This document shows positions 23,531 through 34,358 of a stretch of DNA of 64,000 nucleotides, in pieces (within the stretch, counting starts at the first letter, position 1; each line of letters starts with the position of its first letter). The DNA comes from an uncultured Methanosarcinaceae archaeon. Lineage in GTDB: Archaea > Halobacteriota > Methanosarcinia > Methanosarcinales > Methanosarcinaceae. Location: positions 64,001-128,000 of the forward strand of contig CAWJYV010000010.1 in NCBI GenBank assembly GCA_963847185.1. The letters are read 5' to 3'. The notes below the pieces were generated by a model that had not been told where the DNA came from, did not search any database, and saw nothing but the letters and a program-made list of their open reading frames with translations. Made by a program: the position numbers and the translations under genes.

Positions 23531-23637
23531 GTGTCTGTGAGTTATTGATCTATCCTGAAAAAACGAGTACTTTCCCCGCATTTGAGGAAAATGAAGAGAA
23601 ATTATTGTGCTCACTATTTTCAGTAACTCGCAGGCAC
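23531..23637 (+). mobile_element. MITE family A (~107 bp, 18-bp TIR)
   Basis: gtgtctgtgagttattga ... tcagtaactcgcaggcac; full-length match to 45077-45182. Confidence 0.8.
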
Positions 23638-23686
23638 GACCAGAGATCAAAAAGTCTAGAAATTAATGTAAGTTTGGAGGGATTAA

Positions 23687-26098
23687 TTGAATAAGCAATT
23701 AAGAGTATTATTTATAGGAACTTATGTTCCAAAAGAGTGTGGGATTGCTACATTCACTTCTGATCTTTTAAATTCAGTTTCTGGAGAAAACAACGACGTT
23801 CATTGTGAAGTTATTGCTTTAAGTGATCCTTCTGAAAATTATACTTATCCGGAAGAAGTCGTTTTTCAAATTCAAAGAGATAAACTCGAGGATTATTACC
23901 TGGCTGCGGATTATATAAATCAATCTGATGCTGATATCGTATGTCTGCAGCATGAGTTCGGTCTTTTTGGGGGAAATGCAGGAGATTACATTTTTGCTCT
24001 TCTATCAGGAATAAACAAGCCTGTAATAACCACAATGCATACTGTGATCCGGGAGCCTGAACTTGAGTATCGAGTATCCACAGAACAACTCATCAAGTAT
24101 TCCGAAAAACTGGTTGTAATGAGCCAGGCTGCAGTAGATATGCTAAAAAATGTTTATAAGGTTCCTGAAGACAAAATAGAAATTATTTTCCATGGAGTTC
24201 CTGACTATCCGTTTAACGACTGCAGTAAGTATAAAAAAATGCTGAATCTGAAAGGGTCTCCACTTGTCCTTACTTTCGGCCTGCTGAGCCAGAATAAAGG
24301 TATTGAAAGTGTGCTCGAGGCTCTTCCTGAAGTTGTAAGCCAGTATCCGGACCTTGTTTATCTTGTACTGGGTGCCACGCACCCTATGGTCAAAAAGACT
24401 CAGGGAGAAGTATACAGGCAATATCTTAAGAACAAGGTATCCGAACTCGGGCTTGAAAACAATGTAGTATTCCACGATAAATTTGTCGAAAAAGAAGAAC
24501 TCTGCAATTATATCCTTGCCAGTGATATTTACGTATCCCCTTACCTTTCCAGAGAACAGATCGTAAGTGGCGCTCTGACCTATGCAATGGGTATGGGAAA
24601 AGCAATAGTATCCACTCCTTACTGGTACGCTCAGGAAATGCTTTCCGATAATTGCGGGCTGCTTGTAGATTTCGGAGACACTGATGGCTTTAAAAACTCG
24701 CTTTTATACTTAATTGAAAATCCAGAAGAGTGTAATGGTATGCGCAAAAAGGCATACGATTTTGGTAGAAAAATGACATGGAAAAATGTATGTAAAGAAT
24801 ATAATACTGTTTTTAGTAAGGCTTTAAAGCACTACAATACCTATCCCAGAGTACAGAACAGATTTAATTTCCTTCCAAATCAGCTGCCTGAAGTTAAACT
24901 CGACCACCTCGAACTGCTGACTGATGACGTGGGCATTATCCAGCATACCAATCTTGGTGTACCTGCTCGCCATTATGGGTACAGTACTGATGACGTTGGA
25001 AGAGCTCTTGTTGCACTGACACAGCTGATAGATAGCCAGAAAAAAGCCGAAGAGTTCCGGAAGATTATTACCACATACATGAGCTTCCTTGAACATGCTC
25101 AGACTGATACGGGGCACTTTCATAACTTCATGAGTTATAAGAGGGAATTTTTGGATGAGAAAGGTAGTGAAGACACTCTTGGACGTGCGATCTATGGGCT
25201 TGGACATGTAATAAGCTGCCCGTATCTATCAAGAAATATACGCACTCTTGCACATACCCTTGTCAGCAGATCCAAACCAGAAATGGAAAATCTGGGTTAC
25301 CCAAGGGCAAAAGCCTATACAATGTGCGGTTTGTATGAGATTCTCAGGACAGAAGTAGATGCAGATGAATTTGAGTCCGTATTCAACTCACATAGAGGCG
25401 TTATTAAGCCTATAGACACTCTTGTAGACAGGGACAACTTTGAATCCATATTTCTCAGCCACGCGGATTCTCTGGTCAACTTATACGAGGCTAACCATAA
25501 AGAAGACTGGAACTGGTTTGAGCCCACAGTTACCTATGGTAATGCAAAACTAAGCGAATCTCTTTTGCTGGCGTATAATTATACCAAAAACAAAACTTAC
25601 AGAGAAATAGGCCTTGCTACATTGGATTTCCTTACTGAGATCCAGTGGAAAGGAGATTTTTTTGACGCGGTTGGAAACAAGGGCTGGTACTCCTATAAAG
25701 GAGAAAAACCGATTTTTGACCAGCAGCCTATAGAGGCAGGTTATTTAACTCAGGCTTATGTTTCGGCTTATGAAATCGTGCATGAGAGGAAATATCTCGA
25801 GCTTGCAAAATACTCTTTTGAGTACTTCCTTGGCAGAAACCGCTTGCAAGCTGTCATGTACGATTACTCGACGGGTGCGGTCTTTGATGGGCTCACTTCT
25901 GACGGAATGAATTACAACCAGGGTGCAGAATCCGTAATTTGCTTTCTTATGGCATTGAGCTCTTTAAATGAACACATGCATGAAGCCTTCAGTACATTAT
26001 TGCAATCCAAAGTAAGTGATGGGTTAGTGACAGGGGCTCTAGAGAAACGAAAAAGCCTGTTATCAGTAAGTCAAGAAGAAATGAGGGAAGTGACATAA
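23687..26098 (+). CDS. GT4 glycosyltransferase fused to a C-terminal glycosidase-like helical domain
   Basis: PKECGIATF, QHEFGLFGG, QIVSGAL; C-terminal YSTDD, FDQQPIEA, NQGAES. Confidence 0.85.
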   Translation: MNKQLRVLFIGTYVPKECGIATFTSDLLNSVSGENNDVHCEVIALSDPSENYTYPEEVVFQIQRDKLEDYYLAADYINQSDADIVCLQHEFGLFGGNAGDYIFALLSGINKPVITTMHTVIREPELEYRVSTEQLIKYSEKLVVMSQAAVDMLKNVYKVPEDKIEIIFHGVPDYPFNDCSKYKKMLNLKGSPLVLTFGLLSQNKGIESVLEALPEVVSQYPDLVYLVLGATHPMVKKTQGEVYRQYLKNKVSELGLENNVVFHDKFVEKEELCNYILASDIYVSPYLSREQIVSGALTYAMGMGKAIVSTPYWYAQEMLSDNCGLLVDFGDTDGFKNSLLYLIENPEECNGMRKKAYDFGRKMTWKNVCKEYNTVFSKALKHYNTYPRVQNRFNFLPNQLPEVKLDHLELLTDDVGIIQHTNLGVPARHYGYSTDDVGRALVALTQLIDSQKKAEEFRKIITTYMSFLEHAQTDTGHFHNFMSYKREFLDEKGSEDTLGRAIYGLGHVISCPYLSRNIRTLAHTLVSRSKPEMENLGYPRAKAYTMCGLYEILRTEVDADEFESVFNSHRGVIKPIDTLVDRDNFESIFLSHADSLVNLYEANHKEDWNWFEPTVTYGNAKLSESLLLAYNYTKNKTYREIGLATLDFLTEIQWKGDFFDAVGNKGWYSYKGEKPIFDQQPIEAGYLTQAYVSAYEIVHERKYLELAKYSFEYFLGRNRLQAVMYDYSTGAVFDGLTSDGMNYNQGAESVICFLMALSSLNEHMHEAFSTLLQSKVSDGLVTGALEKRKSLLSVSQEEMREVT

Positions 26099-27156
26099 TG
26101 TGGAAAGACCATGGAGAACTGTTCCAAAGGTGTGAGAAAAATCCTATACTTACCGTTGAAGATTGGCCGTATCAGGCCCATTCAGTATTTAACCCTGCGG
26201 CTGCCATAGTTGATGGTATAACTTTATTAATGGTACGTGTCGAAGACCACAGGGGCTTTTCTCACTTTACAATAGCCAGGAGTAGGAACGGAATTGATGG
26301 CTGGGAAATTGACAGCGAACCAACTTTTTCTCCTGATCCTGCAAATTACCCTGAAGAGATATACGGCATTGAAGATGCACGTATAACTTACATAGATGAG
26401 ATGGGAAAATGGGCTGTAACATACACGGCTTTTTCGGATTCAGGCCCCTTACCATCTCTTGCCCTTACAGAAGATTTCCGTAATTTCGAACGAATGGGAG
26501 CTATCCTGCCGCCTGAAAATAAAGATGCTGCTATTTTTCCTGTAAGATTTAATGGCAGGTGGGCGATGTTGCACAGGCCTGTATCTCAGAGTTCGAAGGC
26601 AAATATCTGGATCTCCTTTTCTCCAGATATGAAATACTGGGGAGAACACGAGGTTCTTCTGTATGCTCGGGAAGGCGGATGGTGGGATGCCAACAAGATA
26701 GGTCTATCACCGCAGCCAATCCGCACATCTGACGGATGGTTAATTATGTACCATGGGGTACGCCAGACGACATCTAAAGCAAGTTATCGGCTTGGACTTG
26801 CCCTTCTTGATCCTGAAGATCCCAGAAAAGTGCTTCACAGGTCCGAAGGATGGGTTTTCGGGCCTCGTGAAATGTATGAACGCAGCGGAGACGTTAATGA
26901 TGTTGTTTTCCCCTGCGGATGGGTCTTAGTGGATGATGAAATCCGTATTTATTATGGAAGTGCGGATGTATCAGTATCGATGGCCAGTGCAAAATTGAGC
27001 GATATCCTAGAGTATATCCATGGGTGTCCTGAGACACAGTGCCCTGAAGAATACTGCAGATGGTTTGAAGAAAACAGAGGAAAGTCCACTGATCCAAAAA
27101 AAGGTGATATAAAATTAAATCTCATCCCAAAACCAATTTTATTCTCAAATAAGTAA
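26098..27156 (+). CDS. GH130-family beta-mannoside phosphorylase/glycosidase
   Basis: VFNPAA, GIEDARIT, ENKDAAIFP, MLHRP, YHGV, YYGSAD. Confidence 0.85.
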   Translation: MWKDHGELFQRCEKNPILTVEDWPYQAHSVFNPAAAIVDGITLLMVRVEDHRGFSHFTIARSRNGIDGWEIDSEPTFSPDPANYPEEIYGIEDARITYIDEMGKWAVTYTAFSDSGPLPSLALTEDFRNFERMGAILPPENKDAAIFPVRFNGRWAMLHRPVSQSSKANIWISFSPDMKYWGEHEVLLYAREGGWWDANKIGLSPQPIRTSDGWLIMYHGVRQTTSKASYRLGLALLDPEDPRKVLHRSEGWVFGPREMYERSGDVNDVVFPCGWVLVDDEIRIYYGSADVSVSMASAKLSDILEYIHGCPETQCPEEYCRWFEENRGKSTDPKKGDIKLNLIPKPILFSNK

Positions 27157-27255
27157 AGATTCAATCTCCTTACGAACTTTTTTTCATAACCATAAACTCG
27201 ATTTATCACTAAGAATACTAATAGAAGAACCAATTTTGAGTCTTGGGATCAGCTC
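27121..27255 (-). mobile_element. MITE family B (GAGCTCATCCCAAAAC-type TIR) overlapping the GH130 stop codon
   Basis: Ends ctcatcccaaaacca and caattttgagtcttgggatcagctc match the ends of 41264-41622. Confidence 0.7.
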
Positions 27256-27355
27256 TTAAAATAGAATTACAATTAAAACAAAATTACAACTAAAATGAAA
27301 TTAACTTTAGATTTGAAAATAAATTTGGAGATGTGAGTATTTTGGGGGTATTATT

Positions 27356-28393
27356 ATAAGAATTGCAATGTTATCTCCGATTGCCTGGAGCACGCCACCT
27401 AAAAGGTATGGCCCATGGGAATCAGTAGTATCTTTATTAACCGAAGGGCTTGTAAAAAGGGGAATTGATGTTACACTGTTTGCGACAGCAGATTCGCATA
27501 CCGCAGCCAAACTTCATTCAGTATGTCCGAGACCCTACGAAGAAGATAAGAGTATATTGGCAAAGGCATATGAATGCCTGCATATATCAGAGGTTTTTGA
27601 GAGGGCAAATGAGTTCGATATAATACACAATCATTTCGACTATCTCCCACTTACCTACAGTGCGCTTGTTAATACACCTGTTGTGACAACAATACACGGC
27701 ATTTCTTCGAGGAAAATTCTGCCTGTCTATAAAAAGTACAATAATAGGACTTTCTATGTATCCATAAGTGATGCCTACAGATGCCAGGAACTGGACTATA
27801 TAGCTACGGTTCGGCACGGAATCGACATAGAAAGTCTTCATTTCAATGATAAGCCGCAGGACTATCTCCTCTTTTTATCGCGCCTGCACAAAGACAAAGG
27901 AGCAAAAGAAGCAATAGAAGTTGCAAAAAAAACAGAAAGGAAACTTAGAATAGCCGGTTTTATCGCAGATCAGGCCTATTTCGAAAAAGAAGTGCTGCCC
28001 CATATAGACAATGAACAGATTATTTATGAGGGGCATGTAGATCCTGAGCGTAAGAAGGAACTCCTGTCAAATGCTTACGCTTTGCTGCACATGATCAATT
28101 ATGATGAGGCTTTCGGACTTGGTGTGGTTGAAGCTATGGCCAGCGGTACACCGGTAATTGCAATGAATAGGGGTTCGATGCCTGAGCTGATAAGGGATAA
28201 AGAGACCGGATTTTTGGTTAACAGCGTTGAAGAAGCCGCAGAGGCTGTGCAAAAGGTTGCTTCCATATCCCGCAAAAAATGCAGGGAAAGTGTGGAAAAA
28301 TGTTTCTCTGTTGACCGGATGGTAGATGATTACATCAAGGTGTACGAAACAATTCAGGAGAAATGCAAACATGAGTCAGAAATGCAAACATGA
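27356..28393 (+). CDS. GT4 glycosyltransferase (N-terminal part of a former GT4-cupin fusion; probable ATA start)
   Basis: IRIAMLSPIAWSTPPKRYGPWE, EAFGLGVVEAMASGTP. Confidence 0.85.
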   Translation: MRIAMLSPIAWSTPPKRYGPWESVVSLLTEGLVKRGIDVTLFATADSHTAAKLHSVCPRPYEEDKSILAKAYECLHISEVFERANEFDIIHNHFDYLPLTYSALVNTPVVTTIHGISSRKILPVYKKYNNRTFYVSISDAYRCQELDYIATVRHGIDIESLHFNDKPQDYLLFLSRLHKDKGAKEAIEVAKKTERKLRIAGFIADQAYFEKEVLPHIDNEQIIYEGHVDPERKKELLSNAYALLHMINYDEAFGLGVVEAMASGTPVIAMNRGSMPELIRDKETGFLVNSVEEAAEAVQKVASISRKKCRESVEKCFSVDRMVDDYIKVYETIQEKCKHESEMQT

Positions 28394-28727
28394 GTCAGAA
28401 AGACCCTGGGGGCACTATGAGGTGCTTACTCAGAAGCCCGGGTACAAAGTCAAAAGCCTTACGGTTATGCCTCAGGGTGAAATCTCACTTCAGCGCCATG
28501 CTCATAGAAATGAGCACTGGTACATAGTAAAGGGAAAAGGAATTGTAACTAAAAACGGGAGTGAAATCAGGGTTCTTGTCGGAGATTCTGTCGATTTTCC
28601 GGTAAACGAGGTGCATCGCGTTAGAAATATAGACAACGAAAATCTCGTTTTCATTGAGATCGCGCAGGGAGATTACCTTGGAGAAGATGACATCGTCAGA
28701 CTTGAGGATAAATACGGGAGAGTCTGA
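28371..28727 (+). CDS. Type II mannose-6-phosphate isomerase cupin domain (as in the ManC C-terminus)
   Basis: RPWGHY, SLQRHAHRNEHW, GDYLGEDDIVRLEDKYGR. Confidence 0.85.
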   Translation: MSQKCKHESERPWGHYEVLTQKPGYKVKSLTVMPQGEISLQRHAHRNEHWYIVKGKGIVTKNGSEIRVLVGDSVDFPVNEVHRVRNIDNENLVFIEIAQGDYLGEDDIVRLEDKYGRV

Positions 28728-29153
28728 GAAGATTTGTATTTAATGAGTTTGTATTTTGGAAGACAACCTATATCGCAACTCAATACACATTTTTCTAATT
28801 ACATGTTGCATTTCCGTAACTCACTGTTACATTTCTTTTTTTAAAAGAAGGCAATGATACTTGGTCGGATTTCTCAGGTTCTTCCTTTTATTACCAGAGA
28901 AATTTTAGAACCTACCTCGGCGTTTTTACCCTTTGAGGAATTTAATCAGGAAATTCGTATTTCTTATAGGAATTTTTGACCTGAGCCGTTACATCCTCAC
29001 CCAATATTTCGGAGATTTTTATGAAGGTGCCTCAGAACTCATAGGGCTCATCATAGAATCAGCCAGATTTTTCATCACAGGCACCCAATTGAAAGTTCAG
29101 ATATTGTTCAAGTTATAAGAAATATGTTCAAGATATTTAAGGAAAAAATACTT

Positions 29154-29819
29154 TCAGTTTCCGCCTCTTAGCTCAGACTTGATCTCCTCAGTAATCTGCC
29201 TTGCAGCTTCTTTTGGAGACTCTGCCTTATAGATGCTTCTTCCGACAATCACCCAGTCTGCTCCTGCAGAGATTACATCAGAGGCTTTTCCTCCCTGGGC
29301 TCCTACTCCAGGAGATATAATAGTAAGGTTGTCTCCGATAATTTTCCTTATCTCTTTGACTCTTTCAGGTCTGGTGGCCGGAGCAACAAGCCCGAAGGCT
29401 CCTGCTTCAGCGGCCATTCTTGCGATCTCTTCTGCAACAGGCTGCATGAACTCGGTTCCACCCGGATGGCTCATTTCACTTACAACAAACACATCTCTCC
29501 CGTATTCAGAAGCAGTTTCAATGCAGGCATCAAGGCTGTCTCTTCCGGTAAAACCCTGGGCAATGACTGCACTCGCTCCTGCTTTAAAGACCTGCTTACA
29601 GATAAGACGGTTGGTGTTGGGAATATCAGCAACCTTGAAATCGGCTATTATTGGGGCGAGTTTAGCAAGCTCCCTTATAATCCCTAGCCCTGTTGCAAGT
29701 ATGAGAGGATAACCAACCTTTATTGCATCTACAAATTCCCGGACATCTTCTGCAATTTTGAGTGCTTCATCTCTGTCAGTAACATCCAGGGCAAGAATCA
29801 TACAGGTATTTTTTTCCAT
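29154..29819 (-). CDS. pyrF: Orotidine 5'-phosphate decarboxylase
   Basis: [29 protein letters not shown]. Confidence 0.95.
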   Translation of the reverse strand: MEKNTCMILALDVTDRDEALKIAEDVREFVDAIKVGYPLILATGLGIIRELAKLAPIIADFKVADIPNTNRLICKQVFKAGASAVIAQGFTGRDSLDACIETASEYGRDVFVVSEMSHPGGTEFMQPVAEEIARMAAEAGAFGLVAPATRPERVKEIRKIIGDNLTIISPGVGAQGGKASDVISAGADWVIVGRSIYKAESPKEAARQITEEIKSELRGGN

Positions 29820-29823
29820 CAAA

Positions 29824-30777
29824 TCACCTCTTTGAAAGGCGCGTCCGAACGGCAGCAATGATGAGCGGAAGGGTAATGGTTGCATCCGCGTACACAGTTA
29901 CGGATTTTGCGTTTTCGCCTACCTTTCCCCAGGATTGGGCTTCGTCAAGGGTTGCACCGCTAAGCCCTCCTGTTTCCGGGCGGTCCATTGTTAACTGGAT
30001 TGCGTAATCAAAGGACTTGGGAGTTACAAGCATGGACTGCAGGATATAGTTTTTTGGGACTCCGCCACCTATCAAAAAAGCACCTGCGCTTTCGGCTTCA
30101 TAACAAATCTCCATGAACTCGTGCATGTCAGCAAAGGCGTCCACATTAAAGGGATTCCCTTCCTTGTACAACCAGGCCTGAAGCCCTATTACAGAGTCCT
30201 GTAGAGCCGGACAGTAGACAGGCACACCCATGTCTGCTGCAGTTTTTAAGATAGAAGAATCGTCATCAAGGTTTTTCCCGATTTCCGTAAGGACCTGCCG
30301 GATAGATAGTTTTTCCTGTGGAAGCTTGGAATAGACGTCCTGCAAAAACTCCTCGAGGTCGGAAAAGTGCTGGTCAGGAAGGTAGACATCATAAATCCTG
30401 TCAATACATTCGTGCCTTAGTTGAACGTCGTTTGCGCAGTCGTTGCCTTTATAGTGATGTAGCCCCAGGGCTTCAACCGTATCATGCACCATGTTGGCTC
30501 CGGTAGTGACAAGGACATCTATGTGTCCGTCCCGGATAAGGTCTGCAATAATTTGCCTCATTCCTGCAGGAGTCATGGCCCCTGCAAGCCCGAAAAATTT
30601 CTTAGTTTTTTCCGAAGCCAGCATCTCGTAATAGATGTCAACAGCCTCGGCCAGCCTGCCTGCTCCAAAAGCACAGCCGCCGTATTCTCTTACAAGCTCG
30701 TCTACAGTCATATTCGGGACTATTTTTGCCCCTTTCACAGGAGTTGTAAGTTTTTTAGCAGAAGCTTCAAAATCCAT
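29824..30777 (-). CDS. dys: Deoxyhypusine synthase
   Basis: [38 protein letters not shown]. Confidence 0.92.
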   Translation of the reverse strand: MDFEASAKKLTTPVKGAKIVPNMTVDELVREYGGCAFGAGRLAEAVDIYYEMLASEKTKKFFGLAGAMTPAGMRQIIADLIRDGHIDVLVTTGANMVHDTVEALGLHHYKGNDCANDVQLRHECIDRIYDVYLPDQHFSDLEEFLQDVYSKLPQEKLSIRQVLTEIGKNLDDDSSILKTAADMGVPVYCPALQDSVIGLQAWLYKEGNPFNVDAFADMHEFMEICYEAESAGAFLIGGGVPKNYILQSMLVTPKSFDYAIQLTMDRPETGGLSGATLDEAQSWGKVGENAKSVTVYADATITLPLIIAAVRTRLSKR

Positions 30778-31219
30778 TCTTTTTCCTCAGAGATTACAAG
30801 AAATTAATATATTTCAAATTTCATCCTTCATTTAACATATATCCATAGGTAAATAAATACCAGTATCTGCCGATATATATCAGCATATGCAAGTATGTAT
30901 CATTATGATCTTGATAGTAATATATTTGGATACTATCCAGAGAACTGATATATTTAAACACTGTCCAGATAATAAATATAGTTTAGACCCACAAGTATTG
31001 CAAAACCTGGATCAAAGTCTTCATTTCCACTTGGTGCAAACGTGCTGAACTGGTCTGAACTGAGTTATCTGAACACGTCTGTATAGATAAATCTTCTCTT
31101 CTGAGAAACACAGGAAAGAATTCTTCTGAAAAAACTGTATTTGAACATTAAGAAAAAGTACAAAACAGTAGCAGTAAAAGCAAAAATTGATATTAACAAT
31201 AAAAATAATTGGGACAAAA

Positions 31220-31861
31220 ATGCAGGAAGAAATAATAAGGTACGAAAATATAGGTATATCTTTCGGCAGTAAAAAAGTAATTTCTGGCTTCTCCCTCCGC
31301 ATCCTTAGAGGTCAGAAAATCCTGCTCAGAGGAAAATCAGGAACAGGAAAATCTACCTTATTCAAAATGCTCCTGGGATTTGAAAGTCTCTCTGAAGGCT
31401 CCCTCTATTATAAGAAGAAACCTATAAATTCTCATGTAGCCTGGGAAATCAGAAAAGAGGTCAGTTATGTTTCTCAGGACACGGACCTTGGGGAAGGGCC
31501 TGTAAAGAACCTGCTTGATGAGATATTTTCTTACCGCCCTAACAGGGAAAAAAAGAATTTCGAGAAATTAAATATTTTGATGAAGGAATTTGAGCTCGAT
31601 AAAGATATACTAGAGAAAAACTTTGAGAATCTTTCAGGAGGGGAAAAACAGAGGATAGGAATTCTCATATCTCTGATGCTTGAAAGAGATACTTTTCTAC
31701 TTGATGAAGCAACATCTGCTCTTGATTCCGAGCTTAAAAAAAGGGTTGTGGACCATTTTCTTAAACACAACGACTGGACTCTTTTTATAATCTCGCATGA
31801 TAAAGAATGGGAAAGAGACGAGGTAGAAATTGTAAAACTTAGAAAGGATGGACTTAGCTAA
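31220..31861 (+). CDS. ABC transporter ATP-binding protein (FetA-like)
   Basis: GKSGTGKS, LSGGEKQR, LLDEATSALD. Confidence 0.9.
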   Translation: MQEEIIRYENIGISFGSKKVISGFSLRILRGQKILLRGKSGTGKSTLFKMLLGFESLSEGSLYYKKKPINSHVAWEIRKEVSYVSQDTDLGEGPVKNLLDEIFSYRPNREKKNFEKLNILMKEFELDKDILEKNFENLSGGEKQRIGILISLMLERDTFLLDEATSALDSELKKRVVDHFLKHNDWTLFIISHDKEWERDEVEIVKLRKDGLS

Positions 31862-32011
31862 AAAAGGTAATATCTGAAGAAAAGTATGACCTGACTCCAT
31901 AACCCGAAATCCTGAAATTTGGGAAATTAATTCTTGCAAATAGGAGAAAAAGCTAACTAAATAAGAGGCGCGAAAATTAAGAGAGGGAAAAATTAAGAGG
32001 GGAAATTTCAC

Positions 32012-32815
32012 ATGGCAACCCAGGACATATCGATACCTTCTCTTATATTGTGCTTTTTATTGCTTGCAGTCCCTCTGGTAATCAGTTATATAATAAAACT
32101 GGATGTTACTGAGAAGACCATTAGATCTGTTACGCGCATGACAGTCCAGCTTGTTCTCGTAGGCATGTTTTTAACTTTTGTCTTCGACCTCAACAGCGGA
32201 ATTTTGAACCTTGCATGGTTACTGGGGATGGTTATAGTTGCAAGTTATACAAGTATACGCGATGTAGAGCTTAAAATGGACAAACTCTTTCTTCCGATTA
32301 TTCTTTCCTTTACGGCAGCAAATTTAAGTGTACTCCTTTATTTCAACAAATTTGTGCTTGACCTTGAAAACCTTCTTGAAGCCCGTTACCTTATTCCGAT
32401 AGGGGGTATGATTCTCGGAAATTCTCTTAGGGGTAACGTAGTGGGCGTAGGAGAGTTTTATGCGGATATCCGAAGAAACGAAAACAGATACCTCTATAAT
32501 CTCTCGCTTGGGGCCAGCAGGTACGAAGCTCTTTTGCCCTACATTCGTAAGTGTCTGCGCTCGGCGCTCCGGCCTACTCTTTCGAATATAGCAACAGTAG
32601 GCATCGTTTTTCTCCCCGGAATGATGACAGGACAAATCCTCGGAGGCGCAAGTCCGCTTCTCGCAATCAAATACCAGATATCCATAATGATTGCTATTTA
32701 TGTATCTACAACAATGAGTACGACTTTTAGCATTCTGACTTCAATTCAGGCCGCTTTTGATGAATTCGGGCTTGTAAGAAAGGATATATACAGGGAAAAA
32801 GGGAAGAAAAAATAA
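32012..32815 (+). CDS. ABC permease of the UPF0014/FetB family
   Basis: RMTVQL, IPIGGMILGN, LPGMMTGQILGGASPLLAIKYQ. Confidence 0.9.
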   Translation: MATQDISIPSLILCFLLLAVPLVISYIIKLDVTEKTIRSVTRMTVQLVLVGMFLTFVFDLNSGILNLAWLLGMVIVASYTSIRDVELKMDKLFLPIILSFTAANLSVLLYFNKFVLDLENLLEARYLIPIGGMILGNSLRGNVVGVGEFYADIRRNENRYLYNLSLGASRYEALLPYIRKCLRSALRPTLSNIATVGIVFLPGMMTGQILGGASPLLAIKYQISIMIAIYVSTTMSTTFSILTSIQAAFDEFGLVRKDIYREKGKKK

Positions 32816-32919
32816 CCCAGGGAAAAACGAGAGGAATAACATAAGGAAAAAGAGAAGAAGAATAACCTAGGTAAAAGGGGAAAAAGAATAAAAATGGATC
32901 AGAATCTTTGGTCTACGGG

Positions 32920-33312
32920 TCAGGCATATCCTGTGATATCCTGCCCTATAGGAGTACTTTTTCTTATGCAATCTTCTCCATATTTAACCATATTCTCAAC
33001 CGCATTTTTTAATATGGAAGGATAGATTTGGCCTACCTGTTCCCACACAGGCCTTCCATGGCAGAAAAACTTGAAAGTAGGTGTGCCCTGAACTCCATAC
33101 CTTTCTGCAGTCCAGGGATTTGATGCAATATTTATCCGGGCAAAAACTGCCGAGTTTTTAAACTCTTCTGCGTAATTCGCAAAATAAGGTTCCATTGCTT
33201 TACAATAAGGGCAGGTGGGGCTGTAAAACATCACAATAACTGGTTTTTTAGACTCTTCTACCAACTTTCCCCAGCTCGTATCTTCGACTTCGACTATATT
33301 GCTTCCGTTCAA
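32920..33312 (-). CDS. Thioredoxin-family protein
   Basis: CPYC motif, YGVQGTPTF. Confidence 0.9.
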   Translation of the reverse strand: MNGSNIVEVEDTSWGKLVEESKKPVIVMFYSPTCPYCKAMEPYFANYAEEFKNSAVFARINIASNPWTAERYGVQGTPTFKFFCHGRPVWEQVGQIYPSILKNAVENMVKYGEDCIRKSTPIGQDITGYA

Positions 33313-33767
33313 TCACTTACCCCCAGGATATTGTAGAATAGAATTTTGGAGTTTTTGCATCAATACTTTAACCTAAATACTTAATTATTTATTGTGCTTA
33401 AACCAATGACTTTGAGCCTTATAATTCATTCGTACCTCAAGAGTTCTCTAAAATCATTGTGTTTCATAGAGTTTTGTAATATCATTTATGTCTCATAGAG
33501 TTAAAGTTCACGCCACTCCAAATTAGCCGCTTAAGAATTCTTTTTTTCAAATAGAGAATAGATGGTTATAAATAAGCAAGAAAGATAAGAGAAAGTAAAA
33601 AAACTGTGAACAGAACTAAAAATCAGTTCTGTTTTTCCTGATACAATAAAAATAAATATACTGGAACCTGCTAATCTAACAAAATTAATAAGCACAGGTT
33701 AATAGTGAAACAAATCTTATAATTAATGCTTCCTGGAATTTTTATCTTGATTATTTTATCCCGACTA

Positions 33768-34112
33768 TTAATCTGAATCTTCAGTCTCAGGGCTCATGAT
33801 CTCTTTAAAACATTCACAACATATGTACTTATCATTAAGGCACGTTTCTTTGAAATCTACTACTGGACCACCCGGCTTTGTGGTTGCTTCTCTAAATACA
33901 TAGAACTTTTCGTGAAATTCAATCGGTTGACCACATCTCGAACATATGAAGGGAGGATTCTCAACAGAATCAATCGCACACTCAATGCATATCAGATCTG
34001 ACTTATCTCCGTGAACATCTCTGAACTTTATCGGTTTCATATCCATACTGGTGTCCACAACCAGCACGTCTTCCAGAAGCTCCCGACCACAGATATTACA
34101 ATACTCTTTCAT
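33768..34112 (-). CDS. Small Cys-rich protein with four CxxC pairs (putative Zn-binding)
   Basis: CNIC, CIEC, CSRC, CCEC; GGAGG RBS before ATG at 34112 (TTG at 34199 is also possible). Confidence 0.65.
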   Translation of the reverse strand: MKEYCNICGRELLEDVLVVDTSMDMKPIKFRDVHGDKSDLICIECAIDSVENPPFICSRCGQPIEFHEKFYVFREATTKPGGPVVDFKETCLNDKYICCECFKEIMSPETEDSD

Positions 34113-34259
34113 TGTGTCGCCTCCTTTCTCCAGAGGATTCTTCACAAAACCCAATACTGAGCCCACAAGAGGCTTCATTGTTTCCGTGTTTGCACTCAAT
34201 TGTATTCCCCTTTTCAGCTTATTTAATTCATACCAAACCGGCTACTCAAGCAAGATATC

Positions 34260-34358
34260 TTCCGATTCAGTAAATTTAACACCATTGAGTTGCGTTTTTC
34301 ACCCGGCCGGCGTCTAGCCGCCAGCTTCGGTCTTGAGAAGATAGACCCAGAGTCGGAA
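34260..34358 (-). ncRNA. Candidate structured leader RNA or sRNA
   Basis: Closing stem ttccga/tcggaa, hairpins ggtct/agacc and gctggcg/cgccggc; TATA-like box about 25 nt upstream. Confidence 0.45.

Noticed and set aside
23417-23694. ORFs with DQDKI / LDLFY repeats
   Set aside because: By-products of the 15-bp tandem repeat and the MITE; no supporting RBS or domain
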